A stretch of 64,000 bases of DNA, from NCBI RefSeq assembly GCF_963921235.1, contig NC_086097.1:168952001-169016000 (forward strand), read 5' to 3'. Below are positions 35,310 through 48,549 of the stretch, in pieces. The DNA comes from Mobula hypostoma (taxonomy: Eukaryota). Position 1 is the first letter of the stretch, and every line of letters begins with the position of its first letter. The notes below the pieces were generated by a model, which was given only the letters and a program-made list of their open reading frames with translations, did not search any database and was not told the DNA's origin. The position numbers and the translations under genes were made by a program.

Positions 35310-38300
35310 TAATTCCTGAAGGCTTAGTGGGTCCATGCTCCAGTGCGTCGCTGCGAACAGAGGGTATGTATGCTAAAGCCATACTCAATACCAGGTCGCA
35401 GGTCATGTTGTTGTACCGTCCCTTCTACAACTGGTATCTGAAGCATTTACCATTGACACCATTCAGGGCACTGGAGATCTGGGGGCTTAGTGCTAGTGAT
35501 TATCCATATGATGGTTATTTGTCAGTGAAACTGGAGTTCTTGGAGGCCAATGTGGGAGTGTCTGAGGTCTTTGATACATTGGTGCTGGTTCGTCCGGACC
35601 CTGTTGAGAAGGGCGGCATTTCAATTCTGGTGACAACACTCCTTTTGTGAAGAGGCTCATGGGGGCCTGCAAAGAGAAGGCTGGTGAGAGCTTTCTGGGT
35701 ACATTATCTGTGCACCTGCGGTTTCGAGCTGCGTTTGAGGAAGTGCGTGGCAGCATTGGGCCGGATACCTAATTTAAACAAGGGACTGTGTGGTTCACCC
35801 ATTCAAAGCCAATGGTGGTACAGCCTGGGGAATTAGCAGGAGTGATGGGTCCCCCAAATTTCCCAGAGTGCCTGAGGGCAAAGCCCTCTTAGTGGACGCT
35901 CCGGAAGACCACGAAGGGGAGTCAGGATTCCCTGCTGGGGTACTGGTGAGGCCCAAATTGGAGAAGCCCTTGGTTGTACAGGAACACAGGATGGCAGTGA
36001 TTGTCAGGAGCACTACGCAGAGGGAGGGTCACCTTCAAGCAGGGGATGCCCTTGGAGCATTTGTTCCCGGTGACGGTAATGTCTAGTGCCCCTGTGAGAC
36101 ACGCCGGGGAGAAACTATTGGAAAAGGGGGGAAAGTTGACTGCTGAGTCAATCAACTTCAGGGATGCCCCGGTTCCTGCGGCTTGGAAGAGGAAACTGGT
36201 AGAGAAGATGTTGAAGCTGGAAGGTGTCTTTTCCACTGATGGGTTTGATGTGGGTTGTTCCAAGAGCATGTGTCACACTATCCGGGTGACTGAGGATACC
36301 CTGTTCAGAGAAAGGTTGCAGCGACTGGTCCCTGCAGAGGTGGAGGACGTTCGGCAGTGTTTGTGTAAATTGATGGAAGCTAGGATCATCACCGAGTCCC
36401 AAAGCCCCTATGCGTCCTCAATAGTAGTGGCCCGAAAGAAGAATGGGAAGGTATGGATGTGTGTGGACAATAGGACTCTGAACAGGCGCACCATCCCTGA
36501 CCAGTATACTGTCCCGAGGGCTGAAGATGCGCTGGCCTGCCTGAGTGGTGCGAAGTGGTTCAGTGTGCTGGACTTGAGGAGTGGATATTACCAGATCCCC
36601 ATGAGTGAGGCCGACAAAGAGAACATGGCATTTATATGTCCCCTGAGATTTTTCCAGTTCGAAAGGATGCCCCAGGGCATCTCGGGAGCTCCAGCAAACT
36701 TCCAGCAGGTCACGGAGAAGACAGTGGGGGATAAGAACTTGCTTCAGGTATTGGTATATTTGGATGACCTCATAGTATTTGGATCCACCTTGGAAGAACA
36801 TGAAGCGAGGCTGCTGAAGGTGCTGGGCCACCTGAAAGCTGAAGGGTTAAAACTTACCCTGGACAAGTGCCAGTTCTGCCAAACATCTGTTAGCTACGTT
36901 GGGAACATAGTCTCATAGATGGGGTAGCTACAGACCCAGCTAAGATCGAGGTGGTTACCACTTGGCCAAGGCCGCAGACTGTGAGCACTCTGCGCTCGTT
37001 CCTCAGGTTCTGTGGTTACTATCGGAGGTTTGTGAAAGGCTACGTGAAAGTGAGTCACCCTTTGAATCAGCTTCTGTGCAATTACCCTCCCTTGGGGAAG
37101 AAAGGGAGAGGGAAAAAAGGATAGGAGGGTGGAAAGTATCTTAGCCCATCGGAGTCCTTTGGACCGAGGTGGGATGCAAAATGTGAGGAGGCCTTTCAGT
37201 TGCTGAAGGAGCTGCTGACCCAGGCGCCAGTGCTGGCTTTTGCAGACCCCCGATTACCATATGTACTGCACACGGATGCCAGCCGAGAGGGCTTAGGGGG
37301 TGTCCGTGTCAGGATCAGAGCTCTGGGTTGAGGCCCGTCGCGTTTGTCAACCGGAGTCTGTTGCCCTCGGAGAAAAATTATCCCACGTACAAGTCAGAAT
37401 TTCTGGTGTTGAAATGGGTGGTGGTGGATAAGCTGAGTGACTACCTCTACAGGGTCAAGCTTGAGGTGAGGACGGACAACAACCCCCTAACTTACAGTAT
37501 ATCCTGACCTTGGCGAAACTGGATTCCACAGGCCATCGGTGGTTGGCGGTGATGTCTGCCTATGATTTCAAACTGAAGTACCGGACGGGAAGCAGGAACG
37601 TTGATGCTGATGCTTTGTCCTGACGGGCACATGAGGGACTGGTCAGGGATGAGGAGTGGGAGAGCGTTCCTGTCCCAGGGGTGAAAGCCCTGTGTTAGTA
37701 CGCCATCACCGTGAAGGCAGAGGAAAAGGAGGGGCAGGAGCGAGCAGTAGATCAATTGGGAACTTCTGATGATGCCGTCCCCCAAGTTTACTGTAACCTG
37801 ACTGCTCTGAAAACAAATCAGCTGCCAGAATTAAGTTCTGGGGAAATGACTGCTGCTCAGTGAGATGATCCGGGCATTGGTACCATTTGGGTGGCAGTTG
37901 AAAAGGGAGAAATGGCTCAGGCAGAGAGGGCAAAACACGTGTCAGTGCCTCCATTACTATGAGAATGGCCTCGGGTGGAGTTGAAGAACAGATCTTATGC
38001 CAGGTCATGTCACCCCCAGACCGACCCTGGCGTTGCCAGCTGGTTCTGCCCGAGAAATATCAGAGGATGGCGTTGAAATCACATCATGAATATTCTGGAC
38101 ATTTGGGGGTGGAAAAGACCTATGGATTCCTCAGAGACCGGTTTTACTGGCCCCATATGAAGTCGGAGGTTGAAGAATACTGCAAGTCATGCATTCGATG
38201 CATACGGCAGAAGACATCGCCTACACAGGCAGCTCCCTTCTCCCACCTTCAGAGTGTGGGGCCTCTGGACCAGGTGTGTATGGATTCCCTGTCAACAGAA

Positions 38301-39100
38301 CCTGATGCCAGCATCACAGCAAATGTCTTAGTCATCACAGACCACTACACCAGATATGCTCAGGCTTTTCCTACCAAGGACCCAAGGGCGTCTACAGTGG
38401 CAAGGGTGTTATGGGAGAAGTATTCCATTTATTACGGCCTTCCCAGGTGATCAGGGACGGGATTTCGAGAGCAGACTCATCCGAGAGTTACTGGGCATGC
38501 TTGGAGTCAAGAAGTCAAGGACCACGCTCTATCACCCACAGGGTGATTCCCCAGCCAGGGAGGTTTAACCAGACCTTGCTAGACATGATCGGGACCCTGG
38601 AGATCAGCAAGAAGAGCAGGTGGAGTCAACATATTGGGCATCTGGCTCACAGTTATAATTGTACGCGAAATGAAGCTACTGAGTACTCGCCATATTATCT
38701 GATGTTTGGGCGCAAGGCAAGGTTGCCCATTGACCTTTGTTTTGGGACTGATAAAGGTGACTTACTACCAAAGACTTAGCTGAAGTATGTGTCTGACATG
38801 AGAAGAGAGTTGAAAAGGACTTATGAATTAGCTGAGGTCGCGGCTGCCCAGCAGAATCAAGGGAATAAGAGAAGGCATGATCAAAAGGTGAGGTTCTCCC
38901 AACCCCTGCCGGGATACAGAGTCCTCATAAGGAATTTGGGGCTACCTGGAAAGCGCAAGTTGGCTGACCGCTGGGCGGCTATGCCCTATGTAGTGGAGAG
39001 TTAGATGCCAAACGTACCAGTTTTCCGGGTGAAACCAGAGGATGGGAATGGGTCTGTCAAGATTCTCCATCAGAACCACCTGTTGCCCCTGGGTCAGGAG
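35310..39100 (+). pseudogene. Gypsy pol (protease, RT, RNase H, integrase), disrupted
   Basis: AILNTRSQV (decayed DTGS); LDLRSGYYQ; MPQGISGAP; YLDD (36001-36918); LHTDAS; integrase HHEYSGHLG...CIRC, VITDHYTRY, DQGRDFES. Confidence 0.9.
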
Positions 39101-40272
39101 GTGCAGGTAGACCCAGAGCCCGACTTGGAGCCTACACCTAGTAAGAGGACTCTTTGGAAATGTGGGGGGGTGCTACCGGGGCTCCAACAGGCGAGGTTAG
39201 GCCAGCCCCCACCCCTGAGAGGGATACTGATTCGGAGGCTGAGGACCTGGATGTGTGGTATATGCCTCCTTTCGCCAACTCCCCATTGATTGAGGAAGAG
39301 ACTCTCGGCCCTTCTCCCATTGAGACAGGGGAAGTGGGGGGAGGGTGCTATCTGTGGGCATCCTGGGTTGCAGTCGGACTCTGTAGGGGAGGAAGCAGGG
39401 TTTGATCACGGAACAGAGAGCTCCGAGTTGCAGGTGGGCACGAGTGATAGATCGGGGGGAGGCATCACCAGGTAGACCGGAAGTATCCCCAGTAGCGTCG
39501 GAACCTGAAGAGTTGGATGATGGGGCGCGGAGGTCTCAGAGAATTAGGAGACTACCAGATAGGTTGGCCTACGTAGCACCAGGGGAACAGAGTGTGACAT
39601 CTACTGTGTTGGGGAGCTATGTCACTGCCTTTTACACCTGGATTGGGCTTTGTAGTTTGCAGGAAGGGTTGGCAAACTATCTCAACGTCATGAGGACATG
39701 ACTAAATTTGGTGGGGGGGATAGTGTAACATGCTGCAAGGTTTCACTGATAATATAATGGTTTCTCTGTAGCAGCAATGTTTGGGTTATGACTAGAGATA
39801 ACGGGGTTAAGAATGCTGTTGTTCTTTCTTGTGAGCTGGAAGAGAGATTTTTGTGGTCTTTTGCCGGGGAGAGATGAGGTGAGAAGACGCAAATGGAGAG
39901 AGTTGGTAGACTGCCGGACATGGTGGACTCGGAGCGAGGGTCCGAAGGGCAGCAACGATCGGAGGAGGTCGATGGTGAGCAATCGACCTATCAGTGAGCT
40001 CCAACATTGTGCAACAAACTGTTTAATAAGATTGGGCCCTTTTTAAATTTTTTTTTCGTTTCTTTACTAACCATATAGTCAAAGTTAGAAATATAAAGCT
40101 TAATCGTTAAATTGCATGCCGTGTACTGTTTGTCATTTTGGGGTACTGATTTGTTTCAGGGGACACATCACACAGCATCCACCCAAATGAGATTTCTTAA
40201 GTTTGGCCGGGCCGGGGACTATCACCCCCTATATTAAGCCGCTAGCTGAAGTGAAACTTACATACACATTAC

Positions 40273-42804
40273 ATATCCACAGAAGTAGCTTTTTCCAGAA
40301 AGCGGAAATAAAATGAGAACCTCTGGTGTACACAAGGCTGTGGAAACTTCGAGTTTTCTTGGAATAACATTATTATTCCCTTCACCTACACACAGAAAAG
40401 AAAATGCTGGCCTTATTTATAAAATAGAAAGGAAACGAATATTCCTCATTAACAATAGACAATGATTTATGATGTCCAAGCAAAATAAATTCTACTTCAA
40501 TTACTGGTATTACACATATTTTAGTATCCCTCCTACCCTGCAGCACACAATATAATGCCCCTTATCTGGCACATGGAATATAATGACCCCTATTTGGCAC
40601 ATGGATTCAGTTTTGGGTCAGGTGAGGCATTTTACCATTCAAATAAACTTAATGTCCTTTGTTAACATTCAGAGCAAGACCTCAAATAAGTCATCACAGT
40701 ATAATGTCATATGCTTTCAGGTTCCTCAGAAAATATCTCAACTTCCAATTGAATTTAAAATAAACAAGGAAATTATGATAGCCTTTGAAGGTACCGAACA
40801 ACCCTCAACAGCCATACTATGTTTTATTCTGGGCACCACATTCTAGGAAGGATGTGTAGACCTTGGATAGAATACAAAAAAGATTTGCTATGCAAGCAAC
40901 AGGGACAGGAATCAGCTGCATGGAGGGACTGAAAAAACTGGAATTATTCTCCTCTGAGTAGTGTCCAAATGATGGACTTCAGCTCATCAACTCCAAGCTG
41001 AAACAACTTGAGCTGCAGGCATTGGCAGACATTTGGATTCAAACAGTTTTGATTATGTGTTATAAGACTATAAAACCATTCACTACAGGAGCAGAATTAG
41101 GCAATTTGGCCCATCGAGTTTGCTCCGCCATTTCATCATAGCTGATCAATTATTCCTCTCTGCCCAAATTTCCTTCCTTCTCCCAGTATCCCCTCATGTC
41201 TTGACCAATCAAGAACCTATCAACCTCTTTCTTAAATATTCATATAGACTTGGCCTCCATAGCTGCCTGTGGCAACAAATACCACAGATTCACTACTCTC
41301 TGGCTAAAGAAATTCCTCTTTATCTACTTTACAAAAGGACACCCTTCTATTCAGAGGCTGTGCCCTGTAGTCTTAGACTCCCCCACCATAGGAAACATCC
41401 TTTCCTCATCCACTCTATCAAGGTCTTTCACCATTCGATAGGTTTCAAAGTGGTCACAAAGTGGTTCTTCTGAATTCTAGTGAATACAGGCCCACAACCA
41501 TCAAACGCTCTTCATATGACAAGCCATTCAACCCTGGAAACATTTTTCTGAACTTTCTTTGAACCATCTCCAATGTCAGAACATCCTTTCTAATACAAAG
41601 GGCCCAAAACTGCAACAAAGTCATCAATTCCATCACCCAAGTCATTGATGTATAATGTAGAAAGAAGCGGTCCCAACACAGACCATTGCAGCACACCACT
41701 AGTCACCAGCAGCCAACCAGAAAAGGCTTCCTCAAAGAATTCCAACAGATTTGTCAGGTAAGATTCTCTCTTGAAGAAATCATGCTGACTACGGCATATT
41801 TTATCATGTGCCTCCAAGTACTGCAAAACCACATCCTTAATAATTGATTCTAACATCTTCCCAACCACTGAGGTCAGATTAACTGGCCTATTTTCCAGTT
41901 ATTTGCAATTTTCCAGTATTCCAGAATCTAATGAGTCTTTAAAGATTATTACTAATATCTCCACAATCCCTTCGGCCGCCTCTTTCTGAACCCTGGGGTG
42001 TACACTATCTGTTCCAGCTGTTTTATGTACCTTCAGACCTTCCAGTTTCCCAAGAATTTTCTCCCTGGTAATGGCAACTTCACACACTTCTGAACTGTGA
42101 CACTCTGGAACATCCACTATACTGCTAGTGTCTTCCACAGTGAAGAATGATGAAAAATACTTACTCAGTTCCTCCACGATTTCCTTATCCACCATTACTA
42201 CCTCTCCAGCATTGTTTTGCAGTGGTCCAATATCTACTCTTGCCTCTCTTTAACACTTTATGTATCTGAAGAAACTTTTGATATCCTTTTTAATATTATT
42301 TGCCAGCATACTTTTTTGCCTTCCAATTTTTCCTTCTTAATGACTTTTTCCGATTCCTAAGTTCCCCAATCCTCCCCATTGATTTTTTGCTCTATATTAT
42401 GCCCTTTCTTTATCTTTAATGTTGGTTTGGTCATGTTATGCCATGTTGTCTTCAGAATACTTCTTCCCCTTTGGGATATATAAATCCTATGCCTTCCAAA
42501 TTCCTTCCAGAAATTTCAGTCATTGCTACTGTGTCATCATCCCAGCCAGTGTTCTTTTCCAACCAATTCTGGCCAACTCCTCTCATGTGCCTCTGTAATT
42601 CCCTTTACTCCACTGTAATACAGCTGACTCTAGCTTCTTCTCAAATTTCGGGGTGAATTCAATCATATTATGATCACTCACCCCTACGGGTTCTTTTACC
42701 TTAAGCTCTCTCATCAAACGTTAAAAGTATGGTATGTAGAAGAACACCTGTCTTGTTGTACCTACCTTAAAATAATTACCACGCAGTGCCCTCAGCATGT
42801 TGTG
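40273..42804 (-). other. Two candidate host exons (42766-42804 and 40273-40385), unidentified protein
   Basis: ttttag|39 bp|gtaggt encodes HNMLRALRGNYFK; tttcttttctgtgtgtag|113 bp|gtaatg encodes VKGIIMLFQENSKFPQPCVHQRFSFYFRFLEKATSVD; phases are compatible; no recognisable homologue. Confidence 0.3.
41060..42718 (-). mobile_element. CR1 LINE fragment with internal deletions
   Basis: ORFs 41454-41699, 41590-41868 (VTSGVLQWSVLGPLL) and 41899-42195 (AGTDSVHPRVQKE); 3' UTR aggagcagaattaggc. Confidence 0.85.
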
Positions 42805-43134
42805 CTAAAAGCACATAGAGCTCTTGGTTAGAATCCTGTATGTAAGACCATAAGACATAGGAGCAGAATTAGGCTATTCCGTCAATTAAGTCTGTTCCGC
42901 CAGTCCATTACTGCTGATCCCAGATCCCACTCAACCCCGTACACCTGCCTTCTCGCCATATCCCTTGATGCTCTGATCGATCAGGAAACGATCAACTTCC
43001 ATCTTAAATATACCCACTGACACAGTCTGTAGCAGAGCATTCTACAGATTCACTACTTTCTGACTCAAAAACTTCCTCCTTACCTCTGTTCTAAAAGGTC
43101 GCCCTTCAATTTTGAGGCTGCGCCCTCTTCTTCT

Positions 43135-44003
43135 GAATCGGAGTACAGAAGACTGGAGGACAAAATTATTCAGTGATGTGAAAGGAATTACCTGCTCCTG
43201 AATGTGGACAAAACCAGGGAGATGGTGATTGATCATAGGATGAAGAGGACTGTGACAAGTCCTCTATACATTCTGGGAGAACAAGTTGCGGTGGTGCAGG
43301 AGTACAAATACTTGGGTGTTCACCTCGACAACAGACTTGACTGGAAAACCAACACCAAGTCTCTTTGCAAGAAGAAGATGAGCAGACTCTATTTTATAGG
43401 GAAACTAAGATCCTTCACTGTGTGCAGCAGGATGTTAGAGATCTTCTACCAGTCTGTTGTAGCGAGTGCAGTCTTCTTTGTAGCTTTATGTTGGGGGAGC
43501 AGCATCGGTGCTGGTGATGCAAAAAGACTAAACAAACTGATCAAAAAGGCTGGATCCGTCCTTGGCTACAACCCGGACTCTTTTGAGTTAATGGTGGAAA
43601 GGAGGTCACTGAACAAACTGCTATCCATTAAACAATCTGGCAGATCCTCTCCATGAGTACTGAATAAACAATGGAGCACCCTTCTAACCAGACTCATTCA
43701 GCTACACTGTCACAAGGATCGTTACAGAAAATCATTCCTACCAAATGCAATAAGCATACACAACAATTCACTTCTGTGTGACAGGAGAACACACATTATA
43801 GCACAATAGTCTCTGTTTTATTATTTCATACATTATTATTGCATATTATTGCACATTGGCAAATTATTATTGTATAGATTATTATTCTGTGCTTTATTAT
43901 TAGTTATGTCTGCACACTTCTAAGTGTGTTTTTAAATGTTGCTTCTGTAATGAAAGAATTTCCCCCACTAGGGATCAATAAAGTATCTATTATTATTATT
44001 ATT
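43135..44003 (+). mobile_element. Rex1-type LINE 3' fragment of a different subfamily, with (ATT)n tail
   Basis: ORF 43204-43656 KTREMVID...YKYLGVHLDNRLDW...SRLYFIGKLRSF; tail gggatcaataaagtatctattattatt. Confidence 0.8.
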
Positions 44004-44011
44004 AGTTCTGG

Positions 44012-44326
44012 CACGTGACCAAGTGGTTAAGGCATTGGACTAGCTATCTGAAGGTTGTGAGTTCGAGCCCCAACCGAGGGAACGTGTTGTGTCCTTGAGC
44101 AAGGCACTTAATCACACATTGCTCTGCGACGATACTGGTGCCAAGCTGTATGGGTCCTAACGCCCTTCCCTTGGACAACATTGATGTCGTGGAGAGGGGA
44201 GACTTGCAGCATGGGCAACTGCTGGTCTTCCATACAACCTTGCCCAGGCCTGTGCCCTGGAGAGTGAAGACTTTCCAGGCGCAGATCCATGGTCTTGCAA
44301 GACTAACAGGTGCCTTTATTTATTTA
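44012..44326 (+). mobile_element. tRNA-derived SINE
   Basis: A-box-like tgaccaagtgg and B-box gttcgagcc; (ttta)n tail; 8-bp direct repeat agttctgg at 44004-44011 and 44327-44334. Confidence 0.8.
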
Positions 44327-45980
44327 AGTTCTGGATACCCCCACCATCGGAAACATCCTCTCCACATCAATCTTATCTAGTCCTTTCAATATTCGGTAGG
44401 TTTCAATAAGATCCCCATGTGTTCTTCTAAACTGCAGTGAGTACTGGTCCAAGGCTGCCAAACGCTCCTCATATGTTAACCCCTTCATTCCCAGAATCAT
44501 CCTCGTGAACCTCCTCTGGACTCTACAATAACAACACATCCTTTCTAAGATATGGGGCCCCAAACTGTTGACAACGCTCAAACTGCGGCTTGACTAGTAT
44601 CTTATAAAACTTCAGCATTATCTCCTTGCTTTTATATTCTATTCCCCTTGAAATAAATGCCAACGTTGCATTCGCCTTCTTTATCACAAACTCAACCTGT
44701 AAATTAACCTTCTGGGAATCTTGCATGAGAACTAAATCCTTCTGCACCTCTGAATTTTGAGCCTTCTCCCCATCTAGATAATAGTCTGCACTATTGTTTC
44801 TTTTACCAAATGCATTTCCCAACACTGTATTCCATCTGCCACTTTTTTGCTTTTTCTTCCAACTTGTCGAAGTCCTGCTGTGGTGGAGTGACATTTGCAA
44901 TCTTCCAGTCCTCTGGGACCATGCCAAAATCAAGTGATTAAGATCATGATTTATGCATCCATTATCTCTTCAGCAACCTCTCTCACAACTCTGGGATGTA
45001 GTCCATCTGGTCCAGGTGACATCCAACTTCAGACCTTGCCTAGCACTTTTTCCTTTGACACTCCTGCTCCCTGACACTCATGGACCTCTGGCACGCTGCT
45101 AGTGTTTTCCACAGTGAAGACTGATGCAAAATACCCATTAAGTTCATCAGCCAATTTTTGTCCCCTGTTACTACCTCACTAGCATAATTTTCCAGTGGTC
45201 CAATATCACTTGCACCTCCCTATTATTCTTTATATAGCTGAAAAAGCTTTTGGTATCCTGTTTTATATTACTGGCTAGTTTGCCCTCATGTTTCATCTTT
45301 TCCCTTCTTATAGCTTTTTTAGTTGCCTTTTGCTGGATTTTAGAAGTTTCCCAATCATCCAACCTCCCACTCACTTTTGCTACCTTGTATGCCCTTTCAT
45401 TGGTTTTCATGCAGTTCTTAACTTCCCTTGTCAACCACAGTTGCTTACCTCTGCCACATGAGAACAACTTCTTCTGTGGGACATATCTATCCTATTCCTT
45501 GTGAACTACTCCCAGAAACTTCAGCCATCTCTGCTCTGCCATCATCCCCACCAGTGTCGTGCTCCAATCCACCTGGGCAAGATCCTGTCTCATGCCTCTG
45601 TAATTCCCTTTATGCTTCTCCCTCTCACATTGCAGTATGAATTCAATCATATTATGATCATTGCCTCCAAAGGGTTCCTTAATAAGATCTGGGTCATTAC
45701 ACATCACCCAATTTAAGATAGCCTTTCCCCGAGTAGACTCAAGCAGAAGTTGCTTTTAAAACACCATCTCATAGGCACTTAACAAATTCCCTGTCTTGTG
45801 ATCTGACACCAACCTGATTTTTGCGATCCCCTTGGACGTTGAAGTCCCCAGTTATAATTGTGCCATTACCCTTATTATATGCCTTTTACAGCTCCCTTTG
45901 TAATCTCAACCCCACATCTTGGCTACTATGTGGAGGCCTATACATGATTCCCATAATAGTTTTTTAACCCTTGCAGCTTC

Positions 45981-48531
45981 CACATGATCTTTGAGGGCAT
46001 ATCTGGTGTCAAGAGCATGATCAATGACATCGTCTTCTGGGGGTTCACTGAGGATGAACATAATCCACGTCTGAGAAAAGTGCTCGATGAGACACAGAAT
46101 GCCAATTTGAAATTAACTAAAGAGAAATGTGAGTTTGATGATCTTTGTAGGAGATGTCATATCTGAAGAGGGAGGAAAGCCTGACTCATGAAAGATATCA
46201 GTCACTGAAAACATGGAGAGGCCCCAAAACAAAGAGGAAATGAGACATTTCTTGGGGATGGTGACTTACCAGGTAGGTTAATCCCTCTACTGTCAACTGT
46301 GTAAGCATCCCTTAGGTCACTCTTTGAATGGATTTGGTCTCATGAGCAGAAGAATGTTTACAGACATTGAATAGAGTCAAAACTGAAGAGTGTGTGCCGA
46401 AGTTTTATGATCCGGAAAGATGTATGAAGATCTTGGCTGATGCCTCCTGGCACAGCTTTGGAGCAGTACGACTGAAGCAACATGATGACACATGGCAACA
46501 TGTGGCCTATGCATCAATGGTTTTAACAAGTGCAGAAGCCAGCTATACCCAGATAGAGAAAGAGCTTCTCACCAGCACATATGCATGCAAAAGCTTCCAT
46601 TAGTACATCTACGAACAAGCTTTTGAAGTGGAGACAGACCATAAAACACTGGTCTCTATTATGTCCAAACCACCAAGTGACTATTCCATGAGGATATAGC
46701 ACATGTTGATAAGGCTGCAGAAATATGTTGTGAGAATGATCTGCACACCAGGAAAATATACGTTTGCTGCTGATATGTTATCCCGAGTAGTTGACAAGAA
46801 AGAAAACAGTGACCAAGAAGCTAATGCAGATATATACGCCTATGTTGATATGATTGTCACCTCCCTTCCAGTATCACCTGATAGAACAGAGCAGATAAGG
46901 AAAGCAGCAGGGTCAGATGAAACAATGAACGAACTCAAAGATACAATATGGAAAGGATAGCTAGCAGCTAAGAATGACTGTTCAATGTATGTTCAGGATT
47001 ATTAGGCATGAAGAATTGAAATGTCAGTAGTGAAAGATATGGTCTTCAAAGGGAACGGGTTTGTGATTCCAATGTCACTACACAAGGAAATGCTCCATAA
47101 GATTCATGAAGGGTATCTTGGTGAGGAATATTGTAAAAGTAGAGCTCATGAAGTGATGTACTGGCGAAGAATGAACCAAGACATCAGCCAGACCATTGCT
47201 TCATGTGAAACATGCCTTACCTACAGGCTAAAGCAGCAAGCATACTGCTTACACCACACCCTGTACCAAACAGGCCTTACTTCAAAGTTGGAGTGGATTT
47301 GTTTAACTGTAATGGGAAGAGTCATATTGTTGTAAGACTACTTTTCCAATTACCCAGAGGTTGCAACCCTGCAATCAACATCCAGCAAAGCAGTCATCGC
47401 CCTCCTGAAAACTGGAGATCCATATGAAGTAGTATCAGACAACAGTCCACAATTTTTGAACTGTAAGTTTGAGTCCTTTGCCAATGTTTAGGAGGGGAGG
47501 GTGTTTGACATATAATGTTAAGCCCACATCACCTAAAATCTAATGGCCTAACAGACAGTTCAATCAAGGTAGTGAAGGGCCTCATCAAGAAAACACAAGA
47601 TGGATGAGAGAGTTTCCACAAAAGTCTAATGATTCACAGAAGTGCATCACTGCAGAATGGCCTTCCACCAGCCCCAATGCTGATGGGTCGATGCATACAC
47701 ACTAACCTTCCAGTGCATGAAGACCTGTTGACACCTAAAGGAGCACACAAGATCAAATTGGCTCAAGGGAAAGGGAAAGAAAAACAGAAACCGAATCACT
47801 ACAAGACTGTGAAACACCTACCAGTCCTGAGTTCTGGAGATCAGGTGCAAATCTGAGAGCACGATTCTGGTTCATAGTACATCCAAGCATATGTGCAAGA
47901 GGAAGTAGCTCTATATTCCTACTAGATCCAGATGGAGCAAGAGACACCTCTGAGAAGAAACTGCGTGGATCGACAACCACAAGCTCCAACCCATGGTTGT
48001 AAAGCATCACTTCTCAGTATATCAAAGGGCCCAGCATATGTAAAAAATGAACATATTGATCAGAGTTCTCAAAAAGACACAAATATTAATATCGCAAATA
48101 CAAGCAATACACCTGTGGAAACAAATAGAAGACCAAAAAGGACCATTAGACTGCCTCAGAGACTGACTGAAAATTGCTGATTGATAAGAGACTGTAGTTG
48201 GTCATTACAATTTAAGTTGAAATGTTGAACAGTTGAAAATTTGAAAAAAAAGAAAAGAGACCGGCTCTGGAATATAGATATTTTTGTTGGAAAGGATTAT
48301 TATTCCTTGCAGGTTTATGAGGACATAGTATTGTGTTTGTTTTTCTTTCAAGGGAGAAGATGTGTTATTATGTGTGCATTGTCCCACTGCACAATGTGAG
48401 GGACTCACCTGGAACTAGAAGCTGCAATGGTGATCTGCTTGCGCATGCACAGGGCTGAGCAGCAGTTCGGTAATAAATTGTTCTAACAGAAACCCATGCC
48501 AAGTTTGTCTTTATTAAGAACAAACATAACA
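45981..48531 (+). mobile_element. 5'-truncated decayed Gypsy element (end of RT, RNase H, integrase, PPT, 3' LTR 48361-48531)
   Basis: INDIVFWG; ILADAS; YTQIEKELL; IHEGYLG...CETC; GVDLF; SDNSPQF; PPT caagggagaaga then TG...aaCA LTR with aataaa. Confidence 0.85.
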
Positions 48532-48549
48532 GTAAGTGTGATCAATTAA

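Larger units (their letters stand above)
33497..40262 (+). mobile_element. Full-length decayed Ty3/Gypsy retrotransposon with PNMA-like gag
   Basis: LTRs 33497-34016 and 39724-40262; TSD taca at 33493-33496 and 40263-40266; PBS 34021-34038; PPT ~39710-39723; gag-PR-RT-RH-IN order with frameshifts and stops. Confidence 0.95.
42845..45980 (-). mobile_element. CR1 LINE fragment interrupted at ~43130-44326
   Basis: 42845-43130 (3' end) continues at 44327 (gttctggatacccccacc); ORFs 44324-44581, 44523-44933 and 45171-45467. Confidence 0.85.

Noticed and set aside
44012..44080. Functional tRNA gene
   Set aside because: It is the tRNA-like head of a SINE, with a body, (ttta)n tail and TSD; no convincing cloverleaf
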